Shown here piece by piece: positions 38,636 through 51,614 of a DNA stretch of 64,000 nucleotides (position 1 is the first letter of the stretch; every line of letters begins with the position of its first letter). The translations under genes were made by a program, and so were the position numbers. The notes under the pieces were generated by a model. It had not been told where the DNA came from, ran no database searches, and saw nothing but the letters and a program-made list of their open reading frames with translations. Source of the stretch: Eledone cirrhosa (Eukaryota); the NCBI GenBank assembly GCA_964016885.1, contig OZ024744.1, positions 58,776,001 through 58,840,000 of the forward strand. Reading direction: 5' to 3'.

Positions 38636-38857
38636 ATGTATATATATCCACTGTCTCCCTGTATATTTCTCGTTTACTATCTGTCTCTTTTTGCATTAAC
38701 ACATACACACACACTATATATATATATGTGTGTGTGTATGTGTGTGTCTGTGTGTATGTGTGTGTGTGTGTAAAAGGTAAACAGAAATAACAACACAAAC
38801 GGTACAGTATATGGAAGGGATATATTAGGTTAACGCTTGAAATAGCAGGAAGAGGGT

Positions 38858-38891
38858 CTTAACGTTTTGGACGCTAGTCCTTCATCAGAAG
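38858..38891 (-). ncRNA. Minimal hammerhead motif with one core mutation
   Basis: CTT-CTGATGA-A-GGAC TAGC GTCC-AAAACGTT-AAG; GAAA is changed to AAAA. Confidence 0.65.
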
Positions 38892-39014
38892 AAAGAATGA
38901 GAAATAAGATAGATTGAAGGGATGGGTGGACTTGGAAAAAATGTCTTCAGGTAAAAATAACAAGTCCATTCATGTTGACATCTCTTATATATATATATAT
39001 ATATCGGATCGATA

Positions 39015-39125
39015 GCAGTCCGTCTGGGGAAGGAGGCCCGTGAGGTGAAGTGGTTGTTGCAGCATGAGTCGCTGGTCATTGTCCGCAGAAATGCCTTTGC
39101 CATTTTGTCCGTGGGGCATAGCTGA
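39015..39125 (+). mobile_element. CRE-like 3' fragment
   Basis: REVKWLLQHESLVIVRRNAFAIL. Confidence 0.65.
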
Positions 39126-39531
39126 AACACCGTTCTGACAGAAGAGTAGACTCTGTTTCCCCTACTCTATCTTTCTTCCTTTGTCTAGTAGTCCTTGATC
39201 TTCTCCTCCTTTTCTTCTCACTTATGCCATTTATACTCCTTTCCAATACTGCTGTCTTTTTCTGTATGTTTAACCAAATAAAAATGTTCATTTCTCGTAT
39301 GAAATTTGAAAAGGTTTTAAATGTCATGGTGATGTTTAAAGTGTCCATTGGAATATACATAGGTAAAAAACTGTTTGCAAACAGAATAGAGATAGTGAAA
39401 GAAAGGATGTTATTTAATTATCAACATTCTGTACTACATGAAAACACATTAGCAAGACATTCTTGAAAAGTATAAAACATTACTAAGACTGCAATGATTA
39501 ATAATTAAGTTTCTACTCTAATACAATATCA

Positions 39532-40895
39532 CATTCCATTGCTGTTTGATGATAGTTTGTGACCGAGATATACAAACTCCGTAACTTGAGCAATTTGTTG
39601 GTTGTGAGTTGGAGATGGCATTGTTTTTATCAGTTGTCACATACTTTGTTTTGGAGATGTTGATGTGTAAGCCAGCCTCTAGTGACTGTTTGGCCAGTAC
39701 ATTCAGAAAGTCTTGCAGATCAGTTCTAGAGTAACTCATGATGGCCAGATCGTCTGCATATCTAAGATTTGATAGGATTTTCCCTCCTATTTGATAACCA
39801 GAGGAGCATTCTTCTTCAGTTTGGTAGATAAGTGCAGCTATAACTATACAGAAAAGAAGTGCTGATAGTACATCCCCCTGCTTAACTCCCTTCAAGATGT
39901 CTATACACTGTGTAGTTCCCAAGTCTGTTTTGATATACGCTGTTGAGTTGGTATAAGTTTCTTACAATAGGTTGATGTATTTTTTGTTAATTGAGGTCTT
40001 GTTTAAGAGTTGCCACAAGCTGGGTGGTTTCACGTTGTCAAAAACTTTTGTGAAGTCAATGAAGGTGATGTGCACAGGGTTGATTTCTCAATGATTTGTT
40101 CAATAGTTAGGATCTGCTCAATGGTGCCTCTTCCAGGTTGATACGCGGCTTGTGTTTCAGGAAATGAGGTGTAATGGTCTGACTTCACTCATGCTGCAAT
40201 GATATTCATGAAAAGTTTGTACACGTGACTCAATAAGCTGATAGGATGATAGTTCCCAAAATCAAGTCTGCTACCTTTTTTGTAGAGTACAACTATCAAT
40301 GCTTTCTTGAACATGCCTGGGCTTTTTCCTGTAGTGATAATACAGTTGAAGAGATGTTGCAGTGCTTCAAACAACAATGGAATGGTTGCTGCGCAGTATC
40401 GCATCGCTCTAGGTTGGGCAGCTTTCAACAAGAACAAAGAAGTACTAACATCAAAACGAGTTTCCTATCGTTTGAAGGCTAAGATCTTTGATACTTAGAT
40501 GCTACCAGTTGTGTTATATGGTCCTGACTGTGTTAACTGGATGACAAGGTCACTTCAGAAGCTCTCTACATTCCAGAACCACATCACGAGACTTATGACT
40601 GGCAAGCGGCTCTGTATCAGTGAGCTGTTCAACATTACCAAACTTAGACCAATTGCTATACGGTCATATAAAAAGATCAACTCGTGGTGTGAGTAGGTTA
40701 TGCCAGGAAGGAAGGTTAGCTGGTTAGAGAAGCAAAGGCCGGCAGCCAAAACGATGGCTTGGTAATGTCAACTTATGGACTGGACTTGATCTTTGCTCTT
40801 TGAACTCTGCTGCTAGTGATCGAACTTTGTGGAGAGAGATATCTCATGTTGATGCGCAGTCTGCATCTGGCGGAATTTAGGGTCACAAGAAGACT
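39532..40895. mobile_element. RTE-clade LINE with inverted 5' part (minus 39532-~40370, plus ~40367-40895)
   Basis: Minus: LYKKGSRLDFGNYHPISLLS, GVKQGDVLSALLF, YADDL. Plus: RIALGWAAF, VVLYG. TSD ATATCACATT. Confidence 0.88.
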
Positions 40896-41089
40896 ATATC
40901 ACATTAAAAATTGAAGTTTTCACTGCAATTCCGTACATTTTAACAACGATTTGTCTACTAGTAAAGATATTAGAAACATTTGAATTGACAAACCTGATTT
41001 GAAATATTTTCTGCTAAATCATTGCAAAATGTTAAGAATTAAAAGTCATTTAGAAAAATAATGTTCTCTTTCGGTAGTCAGCTAATACA

Positions 41090-41430
41090 TCAGTGTGGGC
41101 ACAGGTTAAAGAGTTTGCTTCGCAATCATTAGGTCCCGCGTTCGATCCCACTGTGTAGTATATTGGACCAGTGTCATCGACCATAACTTTAGGTCAACTC
41201 ATGGTTTGTGAGTGAAATTAGGTAGACGGAAACTGTTCAGAAGCCTGTCGGAATGACTGAATCTGTAATTGAAAGGCCCTTTTTACATACTGCCACGTTA
41301 AATCTCCTTGAAAATTATTTTAAGGCTACATGTGTCCGAGGAATGCTCAGTCACTTGGGCGTTAATTTTATTAATAAGTTGCCCCGTTGATCGAACAACT
41401 GGAACACTCGAAACCGAAGCAAGTCCATTC
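41090..41430 (+). mobile_element. tRNA-derived SINE, decayed
   Basis: GTTCGATCCC B-box and body homologous to other SINE copies in the window. Confidence 0.65.
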
Positions 41431-42349
41431 CGTTACATTAGGGGAAGTTAAGTGTCGTAATGCTTCTTGAAAATGTTTAGAGTATGTGGCCAAGAAGAAA
41501 ATTAAAGAACGTTGACTGAGCTGTAGCCAGGCACACCCCATAATACTTAAAGACTCCTTTAAGTATTATTTTTTTTTTTGCTACCATAAATAATACTCAG
41601 ATGTCCCAATGAAATTTTCAGTTAGGGGACACATGAAAGCTTAATCCACCCATGTGTTTTGTAGAAACACGAATGTCTATTAAGGCAGGCGATGAATTTT
41701 CACTGGCAGGATGGTTGTCTCACAAAGGGACTCTAGGATGAGTAACAAAGTTAAACCTTACTTTGTAAGCTAAAATATGCCTCTATATATTAAAAAAATG
41801 AAAGTGACGCAAATTAGTTTGTAAAGATCCAGCTTCGTTGGTCATAAGAGTGGTTTCGTGAGCGACTCATTTGATTGAACAGTAATGCGCTTTCCACTAC
41901 GTTAAATGTCATTGTTAAATTTCTGCGCCTATATTTGAAATATTGCCAAAGCTGGTTCAAATCATCAATGAGAAGAAACCAAAATGGCGACCGTGTTGGT
42001 GTAATTTTAAAGTGGGGAGTTGAACGTGACTGAGTTTGTGTGTGTGCGTGTGTTTGTTCATGTGTGTTTATTCGTGTGTGTGAGGAGAGTGAGCGTGTAT
42101 GTGTGGTTGTGTTTGTTCGTGTGTTTAATCGTGTGTGTGTTTGTTTGTTCGTTGTTCGTATGTGTGTGTGTGTGAGTGTGTGTGGTTGTGTTTGTTCGTG
42201 TGTTAAATTGTGTGTGTGTTTATTAATGTGTGTTTAATCGTGTGTGTGTGTTTAATCGTGTGTGTGTGTGTGTGTGTGTGTGTGTTCGTGTGGTTTAATC
42301 GTGTGTGTGTGTGTTTGCGAGCGTCGCTATAAAAGAATTTAATATTCGA

Positions 42350-42681
42350 AAACTTTCTCATTTACCCATCACAACAGTCCTCAATGATGATATAGCCAAA
42401 TATTTATAAAAAAAAGTTTGTCTTGCTGAAATAGAGTATAATTGTTTCTACATTTGGCACAAGGCCAGCAATTATTTCACTACACTACATTACTGGTACT
42501 TTATTTTATCGAATCCCGTAAGGTTTGAAAGGTTAACTTTACCAGTAATGTACTGGAATAATTGCTGGCCTTGTGCCAAAAGTAGAAACAATTATACTCT
42601 ATTTCAGCAAGACAAACTTTTTTATAAATATTTGGTTATATCATCATTGAGGACTGTTGTGATGGGTAAATGAGAAAGTTT
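42350..42681. repeat. Long inverted repeat (~145 bp arms, ~41 bp spacer) centred in a SINE-A
   Basis: 42350-42498 is the near-perfect reverse complement of 42540-42681. Confidence 0.95.
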
Positions 42682-43404
42682 ATCATAAGAGATGTGATTG
42701 AGAATCTTATAAAAACAAGCCTATCAACAAGAGATCAGTTGATTGATACTAACACACTGCTTTACAATCTGGAACACTTGTGTTTCTTGTCACGAAATAT
42801 TGGGCAAATCTCTTAGTTTCAACATCTTTTTCTCTTTTGGGGCTACATATACAAAACATTGTTTCTGTTGCCTCAACTTGATTTTTGTACTTTGGTCGCG
42901 CCCCACCAACCCTTTCTACTAATCTTTCTAGACCTCTTTCTCTCTCTGTTTCTTGTGGCTCAGTCTACTATACCCCTCTATCACCATGTCACCTTCTGGC
43001 TGACTGGAGACTTGCTCCAACACTAGATTTGATCTGTGACTCACAACAGCCAGCTTCTCTTGTAGAAACTTCAGCGTTATGTCTCTAGCCACGACTTCTA
43101 CTATTACTGCTACTGCTGCTGCCGCCGCCGCCACCGCTACTACTACTACTACTCTACTCATTAGCCTATGTTAGGTGGTACATTCTTCAACCAGGAAGGA
43201 TTTAGTATTCACAGCTGCTCATCCAGTTTCCTGGTGAGAATGAAGTATATATGATTTGTGTGTTTAACTGATTGATATGTAAACTGATAGCTGGTCAATT
43301 TCCTGAAGTTAGTGTTGCAAATGGTTGGGTCATTTACGTCACAAAAATCTTAGAGCGTTGGCCACATTCCATTATTTTGTAGCATATGTATAGCTCTTGA
43401 GCAG

Positions 43405-43530
43405 CAAATTGGCAGAGTCGTTATGGCGTCGGGTGTTTGGTCTGGCTCACCGTGCTCTGTGTTCAAATCCCACCGAGGTTAACTTTGCCTTTCATCCTTT
43501 CGGGGCAAAAAGAAAAAGTACCAGTTTCTA
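43405..43530 (+). mobile_element. SINE-A-like copy, diverged
   Basis: GTTCAAATCCC..GAGGTTAACTTTGCCTTTCATCCTTTCGGGG. Confidence 0.75.
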
Positions 43531-44149
43531 TAAGCGGTGGATTGGCAAGAGTCGGTCAAAATGCTTTGTCGTATGATGCAACTTTGTCTCTATGCGTTCT
43601 GAGTTCAAACCGCGCGTCCTTCTGCCAGAAGTTGCAACTGACAGACAGTATCAGCAATGGAAAACCAATAGAAACATTGTTTTTTAGTTCAATTTGATGA
43701 TCGGCTCCTTTCTTTCTATATATGCTCCATATACACTGGAATATCTAACGTGGTGTTGTGAAACATGCTCATTTAAATCTCCAATCGTGATAATGAAATC
43801 TCTAATCATTTGTTAATAAAGTGGTCAGTAAGAGAACCTCAAAGAAACGGACCTTATGTTCATTTGTCAGCTGCCCTTATTGAGGTAGATACCCAGAGAT
43901 AACTTTTGCCTACACCATCAAACATAGCGCTGGTGGTCACCCAGAAAAATTAGTACGTGTATTCCTCACATGGAGTCTGGCCACGGCTCCTTTTCATCTT
44001 AACTGCTGTGCAAAGCTTGTATCTAGGCCCCTCTGCTCCAGCATTCTCATAATCCCTACCAACGTATCTGTCATCATGCTAATACGGTGGCAGCTCTGAA
44101 GTTAGTCATGTATACACAATTAGGGTTGTCACGATTTGGGCATGGATGC

Positions 44150-44520
44150 TTTAATTAGTGGTGCTATAACCCTTTCAGCAACTCTCATGACCTGGTCCAT
44201 CAACTTGGTATCTCTGTAGTCACTTCTCTCTCTTGTGCATCTCATTTGCCCTTGTAGCAATTTACAATAATACTACTGCACCAGTTATCGGGTATGACTC
44301 CAATCTGTACAACTTGATTAACTATGCATCTGACTAGCTTATGACACCCCCACGCCTAGCGTTTTCAGCATCTCCACAACTATAACGAATGGTACACTTA
44401 CCTTCCCTACCTTCATAGTATTAATTGGTTTGTCTATCACAATCAGTTGCATCTACATGTGGTAGGCTCTCACTATCCTACTTACTCCTTTGATTAAAGA
44501 TACTCATGTATTTCGCTAGC
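44150..44520 (-). mobile_element. RTE-clade RT fragment
   Basis: VIPDNWCSSIIVNCYKGK..DYR..KLMDQVMRVAERVI. Confidence 0.75.
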
Positions 44521-44591
44521 AGAGGCCTTAGTTGTCAACAGAGGTAGTAGCTGCCTGCCCTGCTTATTATTATTATTATTATTATTATTAT

Positions 44592-45362
44592 ACTTTCGGG
44601 CCGGGGCCTATGGACAACTTCCAGAAATCCCTGGCCTGGCAGTGCTACCGAGGAGCTTTGCCAGTTCGGGATAAACTCTACAGGCATGGAGGTGCCGTCA
44701 GCCGGGCATGTCTGAGATGCGCGCAGGGCGACGAAACCGTCCTGCACGCACTCGTCCAGTGTCCGAGCATTGCTGACTTGTGGGTTTATGTCGAACACCT
44801 GCTGTCACGTGTAGGACGGATCCAGCTATCAGCTGAGTCCATCGTGAGGATTGCTCCGCCCTCCTCCTTTAGCCGGGAAGGGCAGGCAGTTTTTATCTGT
44901 CTGGTGGCCATAGCGAAAGAGATAGTATGGTGGACACGTTTGAAAGGGCTGAAGACGAGCACTTACCTCTTCGGTGATGCTCTGATTGACTTTTTCAAAT
45001 TTCATTTGAAAAGGAAAATCAGAGTAGAGAGGGAAGTGCTCTCTTCCCAGCATTTTGTTGAAAGATGGGTGAGAGAAGCAAGTATGGCCCGAGTGAATGG
45101 GCCTACTCTGAGTATATATCTGTAAATTAAATGTGGAAAACTGGGAGAGGGCACTTGCCCTGGTGGTTAGAGTCACTGTGGTCTTTTAATGGGCTTTCTC
45201 CACAAATGTCCCTCGGAAGTCTCCCCCCTATTGGGGAATTGTTATTTTTATTACATCCTCTGTTTTTTTACACGCAGAAATGCCCATTTGTACTGTCCTG
45301 TATTGTCCTGTACTGTCCTTAATGTCTACTTTATGTAAACCCTTGTGGTTAATAAAGAAAGC
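44592..45362 (+). mobile_element. Tx1/L1-clade LINE 3' fragment within (TTA)n
   Basis: CLRC..ETVLHALVQCP; ends CCCTTGTGGTTAATAAAGAAAGC; ATT repeats on both sides; SINE-A 3' piece follows at ~45408-45500. Confidence 0.9.
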
Positions 45363-45463
45363 ATTATTATTATTATTATTACTATTATTATTATTATATT
45401 ATTATTAATAAAGTACCAGTAATGCACTGGATAATTGCTGGCCTTGTGCCAAAAGTAGAAACA

Positions 45464-45503
<40 letters not shown>

Positions 45504-46063
45504 TCCTCTTCCTCCTCTTCTTCTTCTTCTTCTTCTTCTTCTTCTTCTTCTTCTTCTCCTTCTTCTCCTTCTTCTTCTCCTCCTCCTCCTCCCCTTGACA
45601 TAATGTTTCACTGCTTCACTCACTACCACCTATCCCTGTGCATCTGCCACATACAAAGTCAACCTTTTCTATCAGCCTGCCTGCTATTCCACTACATCAC
45701 TTGTGTACCTATATTTTCTTTATTTTACATTGTTTTGAAAAGGAATGATCACATTATATCTGCTCCCTCTTTCACCAATGTTTCTCTCAGATCATCAATG
45801 TTTCATCTTTCTTCCACTCTAACTTGCTGGTTATATTTCTGTTCAGCCTTCTTCACATATCCTTTGCTTTCATGTTACTTCGTCTACTTCTTACTTACAT
45901 CTTCTCTCTCACTCTCACTCTCTCTCTCTCTTCTCTCTTCTCTCTTCTCTCTCTCTCTCTTCTCTTCTCTCTTCTCTCTTCTCTCTCTCTGTCTGTCTCT
46001 CTCTCGCTCTCGTTTTGGCTTTATTATATAACAGACAAGCACACAATCACAGAGTTTTAGTAG

Positions 46064-46098
<35 letters not shown>

Positions 46099-46707
46099 CC
46101 ACGAAAGAGTTAATTATTCTTTCGTTTTCTTTCTCTCTATCTCTGCCCCTCTCTCTCCCACTTTCTCTCTTCTTTTTCTATCTCTATCTCTCTTCGCCCT
46201 CTCAATCACCCTCTCTCTTTTCCTTCTCTCTCTATCTCCCAATTGGTTAGAACTCTCAGTCTTTCTCCATCTCTTTTCTTGAATTCTCACTGTTTTACCC
46301 TAGGTAAATTTTAGGGCCTCCGAGATGTTTAAACGGAAGGAATAACATTTATCAGCAGAATTACAAACAGATTGGGCTCCGCTAAAAAATGCTCGAGAAC
46401 AATTTGATGGTTTTAAACCGGGAACCAAATTACGACGGCCACACTAGAATAGATGAGTTCCGGGCGACCGTCATTCACACAGTTTCCTACCAAATTTCAA
46501 TCACAAAGTTTGGTTGACCCAAGGCTATGGCCAAGATACCCTGCTGTGATATCGAATCTGAAACCATGTAGTAGAGAAGCAAACCTTGCTACACAAGTTA
46601 TATGATACATATGACTTAATATTCAGTCACCAAATTCGAATTAGATACAGTAATGCTGTATTACTTTGAAGTGACGTGTTATAATTTCATTCAACAAAAC
46701 CAACAGC

Positions 46708-46788
<81 letters not shown>

Positions 46789-47172
46789 TAGCAGTCAAGC
46801 AAACGCTGATAACAAACTCGTTCTCATACAATTGTTAGAAATTATTATTAGGTTAGAAACTAAACTATTGGCAAACAAGTTCTTTTATTATATCACTAAT
46901 AGATTTAATAGGGATTTTCTCATAAAACATTTACACACACACACACACACACACACTCACATACACATACGCAAATACATACAATCACACCAACACACAT
47001 ACAGACACAAACATAACATAGACACACACACTCTCTCTCAAACACACACATACATAGGTGGAAACATGGGCCCTTGCACACATTCCTTCACACAGACATA
47101 CACACAAACACATACACAAATACATACAATCACACCAACACACATACAGACACAATCACATTCATACATACA

Positions 47173-47204
<32 letters not shown>

Positions 47205-47529
47205 CACACACACATGTACATCGATGGAAACATGAGCCCTTGTACACATGCCCTCACACACATACATACATACATACACACACACTCATGCAATACACAC
47301 ATAAATACATACAGCCAAACCTACACACATACAGACTCAAACATACACATACATACACACACATTCATAGACACAGGCACACCCACACACATACACACAC
47401 ACACTTGTACATAGATGGAAACATGAGCCCTTGCACACATGCCCACACACACATACATACAAACACATTCACATACACAGACACACAGCAAACCTTAACA
47501 TGTAGTACAGAGTTTTCAGGAGATCTTTA

Positions 47530-47656
47530 TCAGAAGTTCAAGAAATCATATTCTCTGATCATTTTCAAAGACACATTAAGACAACTGTCAGCTCCATCCC
47601 ACTCAGCTTGACTTTCAGTTTCCTTCACAGTAAACGGCAAATGAAGACCAAGTTTG
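47530..47656 (-). CDS. DNAAF6: Terminal coding exon of a PIH1D3/DNAAF6-like dynein axonemal assembly factor
   Basis: Minus strand T-rich tract ...TTATCTATTTTCAG acceptor (AG at 47658-47657), one base completing a split codon, then KLGLHLPFTVKETESQAEWDGADSCLNVSLKMIREYDFLNF and TGA TAA. Matches my recollection of the family C-terminus (YKLGLHLP...AxWD...LxVxLxMxREYDFxNF). Confidence 0.85.
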
Positions 47657-47739
47657 CTGAAAATAGATAACAATAAAATAAAATAGAATAAATTGAATTA
47701 GTAACATTCGCTATATTTTTTACTACAGAAAATAGTCTA

Positions 47740-47962
47740 GTAATTGTTTCTACTTTAGGCACAAGGCCAGCAATTTGAAGGGGAGGGGGAAGTCGATTAA
47801 ATCGACCTCCAGTGCATTACTGGTACTTTATTTATTGACCCTCGTAAAGATGAAAGGCAAAGCTAACTTATGCCGTATTTGAACACAGAACGTAAAGGGC
47901 CGTAACTCTATGTCACGAAGCATGTTGTCCGACGCTCTACAGATTCTGCCAATCCACCGCCC
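47740..47962 (-). mobile_element. SINE-A variant with longer 3' segment
   Basis: SINE-A head, core and tail plus extra GGTCGATTTAATCGACTTCCCCC. Confidence 0.82.
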
Positions 47963-48104
47963 TGGTAAATAATCTGATAATAGTCTAATAATAACAGGAC
48001 ATCCAGGCATATATGTCCCCAGAATGGAAAAAAATGGGCATCAGCAACATGGGAGTTGAACCCATACCTCTTATTTTCTGTTCTAAGGGTTTATATGCCC
48101 TATT

Positions 48105-48292
48105 GTGGTTTGGCAGTACCGGTAGAGCGTCAGACACCATGCTTTGTAGCATAGGAGTTATGGCCCTTTACGTTCTGAGTTCAAATCCTGCCAGGTTAAC
48201 TTCACCTTTCATCCTTACGTGGTCGATAAAATAAGTACCAGTAATGCACTGGGGTAATTTCTGGCCTTGTGCCAAACGTAGAAACATTATTA
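48105..48292 (+). mobile_element. SINE-A
   Basis: Head, B-box, core and tail present. Confidence 0.85.
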
Positions 48293-48889
48293 GACTATTT
48301 TCAAAAGGCAGTGGATTGGTAGTATCAATATAGTGTCAGGCAACATACTATGCAGCATATAGTTACATCCCTTTATAATAACAAAAATAACAGTTGACAT
48401 TGATATTTTCAATACTTTTAACACTAAACTGACCATGCTAAAATGCGTCATTTGAAATGTTATTCCTTAAAATTCTGGTGCCAGAATTTTGGTATTTAAT
48501 CTGCCCTTTTACTTGAATGATATTTGGGGGAAAAAAAATTCATGTTCTAATTTCTTGAGTCCAGTAATCCTATTCCATTCTATACCCACTCCTCTCCTCT
48601 CCCCTCCCCCTCTCCTCTCTCGCTCTCTCATAACTCCCACACTCTCCTAACTCCCACACTCTCCTAACTCCCACGCTCTCCTAACTCTTTATCTTCCCAT
48701 ATGTAGTTAAATGGTTGAAAAATCTTATTTGTAACCACAAGGTCCTGGGTTTGATCTCATTGCATTGCATTATTGGAAAATTATATTTTACCATAGCCTC
48801 AGATTAACCCAGCAGAGGAGAGAAGGGGAGAACATTAGCATAGGAGCTCAGGTATGGTCACAATGGGATATATACATGAACATATAAGC

Positions 48890-50063
48890 ATTAAGTTGAG
48901 TATATATGAGGTTTCCTTAAGGAAATTAGGTGTAGAAGAATGACTTGTGAGAGCAGTGCTAGCTATGTACAGTGGAGCTGTCAGTAAAGTGAGAGTAGGA
49001 AGTGAGTTTAGTGAGGAATTCAAGGTACAGGTAGGAGTTCATCGGGGTTAAGTTCTTAGCCCACTGCTATTCATCATAGTTCTCCAGGAGTTTAAGACTG
49101 GCAGTCCATGGAAACTTCTCTATGCAGAATATTTGCTCCTTATAGCTGAATCCATAAAATAACTAGAAAATAAGTTCTTACTATGGGAACAGAATTTGAA
49201 ATCAAAAAGTAAGTAAGAAAGAAGAAAGGAACTGCTTCCCTCAGTGAAGAGACCCTGCTCAATATATAGTAAAGGAGAAGGCATAAACTCTATATTTTGT
49301 ACTTAATGTGAATCTTGGAAACACAAGAGATGTAGTGGGATTAAGGTAGACTAACGGAAGGGAAAGTTTTATATGTAAAAGATGTACAGGAATAATTGAG
49401 GGGAAGAAGGTCATTGATATAAACCTTTTCCAGTCACAGGAAGAGTCCATAGAAGTGGTTGATAGCTTCTGCTATCTAGGTGACTTAATTAGCAGCAGAA
49501 GACGGTGAGAACATAATAGCTAGAATAAGGATATGAAGGAAGAAGTTTAGAAAGCTACTTTCACTGTTGACAACAAAAGGTTTCTCCCTACATACAAAAG
49601 GACGACTGTATGTCACCTGTGTGTGAAGTACAATACTGCTGCACAGTAGTGAAACATGGGGCAGTGACTGCATAAACTGAAGAAAAAGGAAGCAACCATA
49701 CTTCAATGGATGTGCAATGCAAATGTGAGAGAAAGGCAGAGCTTGGATGAACTGAGGGAGAAACAGGGTTTAAGAAGAATCCAAAGTGGTGTGCAAGAGA
49801 GAAGACTGCATTGGTTTGGGTATGTGATGTGCATGGATGATCGCTGGGTGAAGAAGTGCCAGGGAAATCCCAGTGGAAGGAAGCTGCAGTAGAGGTAGAC
49901 CAAGGAAGACCTTGGTAGAGGTGGTGAAAGCTGACCTCAAATTGTTGAGACTCACAGAGGAGATAACGAAGAAATGTGATGAGTGGAGAGATGCTATGCA
50001 GAAGAGAACCCATTCAACCCACACAAGCATGGAAAAACAGACATAAAAACGATGATGATGATG
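48890..50063 (+). mobile_element. RTE-clade LINE 3' half with (GAT)n tail
   Basis: LRKLGVEE, KVQVGVH..VLSPLLFIIV, FCYLGD, RRLHWFGYV; ends AAAACGATGATGATG. Confidence 0.83.
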
Positions 50064-51614
50064 TCATTACAACACTTCTTTACACACATGAAACATGGAT
50101 TATCAATCAAAAGACATGTGAGACAACTTCAAGGTTTTCACCGAAATTGTTTGAGACATTTATTGAGTATAACTTGGAAAACTATATAAATATATTACTG
50201 TATATGTTTATATATACATATGTATATATTCTTTTATTCTTTGCTCTGGGAGCTGCAGATATTTTTAAATGTTTAAATATAAGATACATAATATACATGT
50301 GAGCCATTGATAAAACTAAAAAGATCAAAGTGAACTATTGTGGAAAAAAATTACTGCTCTCTGATATATACTATATACTAGATATAAAGCCAAGTGTCTT
50401 TACATGGTAATTTTATCTTTGCTAGAAACAGTAGTCAAATTTCCCTCAAATTACATACTACCTCCTAAAGAATTGAAAAACACATTAGATAATGTATTTC
50501 TATTCACACTACAAAGTGCAGGGTTTTCTGGGCTACTGTCAAAGCCATCTTGCAATATGGTTTGGAATCCTGGACTCTCAGTGCCGCCAACTCAAAGAAA
50601 CGTGATGACTCCTACACCAAGATGGGAAAGTCACACGGCCAGCATGGTTCTTTATCATGGCCTGCCACAAGTTTTATCGAAAGTTTGGTCCCCTCACTTG
50701 GCTCTTACTGGTCATGTTTCCCACCATGATGAACCTGGTGGCCAGGGAAACTGCTTCTCTGGCCACCAAATTCAAAGTGCTGAATAGAATGTCCAAACAT
50801 AACCATCAGGACTCTGTTGGCGAGGGACACTGGCCTCACTGGATAGGATATTCTTAGGCAAATGAGAAATCGGGAGGTCTAGAACAAGAACTTTGTGCAT
50901 GCTTCACCTTCAATAGAAAGATTTACACTACATCTACGTAAAGAATAAGATGCTCATGTGAGGAACATCTTTGATCACATATTTATTGATCAGAGCCAAC
51001 TGTTGTTTAACCCCAGGTTGTTGTTTTTACACCTGTCAGTCATGTTTAATCAAATTAACCTTATGATCAAAGCTTAAAGGGTCACAAATGACCATGGAAT
51101 TTGCACTAAGAAAGTGCAGGTAAGATTATTTTTGGAAGACCAGCTGTTGCTCATGCATATCAGTCTCACCCTCTCCACGCCACTGATGTTCTCCAATGAT
51201 ACAGCTTGGCACCAGTGATGTCGCAACTCATTTCTTCGGCTGAGTAAACTGGAGCAACATGAAATAAAGTATCTTTCTCAAGGACACAATGCATCACCCA
51301 ATCCAAGAATCGAACTTACAACTTTAAGATGAAGGTTGTGATTAAAAGATGTTGCTACTATTTCTAACAAATCAAGTAACCACATAGTCACCCTTTCTAG
51401 TAAGTACAGAATCTTTCTTGCACCTTCCATATATTTTGTGGTAGTGTACTCATGACTAAAATAGCTTTCATCATGATTTAGCATGACTTGGAGCAAAACA
51501 ACAACCTGGGTTTATTCAGCAGTTGGTTTTGATTGAGTAGAGATGTGATCAAGGAGGTTCCTTTCATGACCATCTCGTTTTTTATTTGTTTGTTCTTTTT
51601 TATAGATGTAGTGT

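Noticed and set aside
46300-46450. Plus-strand coding-like stretch (HLSAELQTDWAPLKNAREQFDGF)
   Set aside because: In-frame stop upstream, no convincing splice pair and no recognised homology.
46832-47611. 259 aa His/Thr-rich plus ORF
   Set aside because: CA microsatellite translation; its unique end is the antisense of the DNAAF6 exon.
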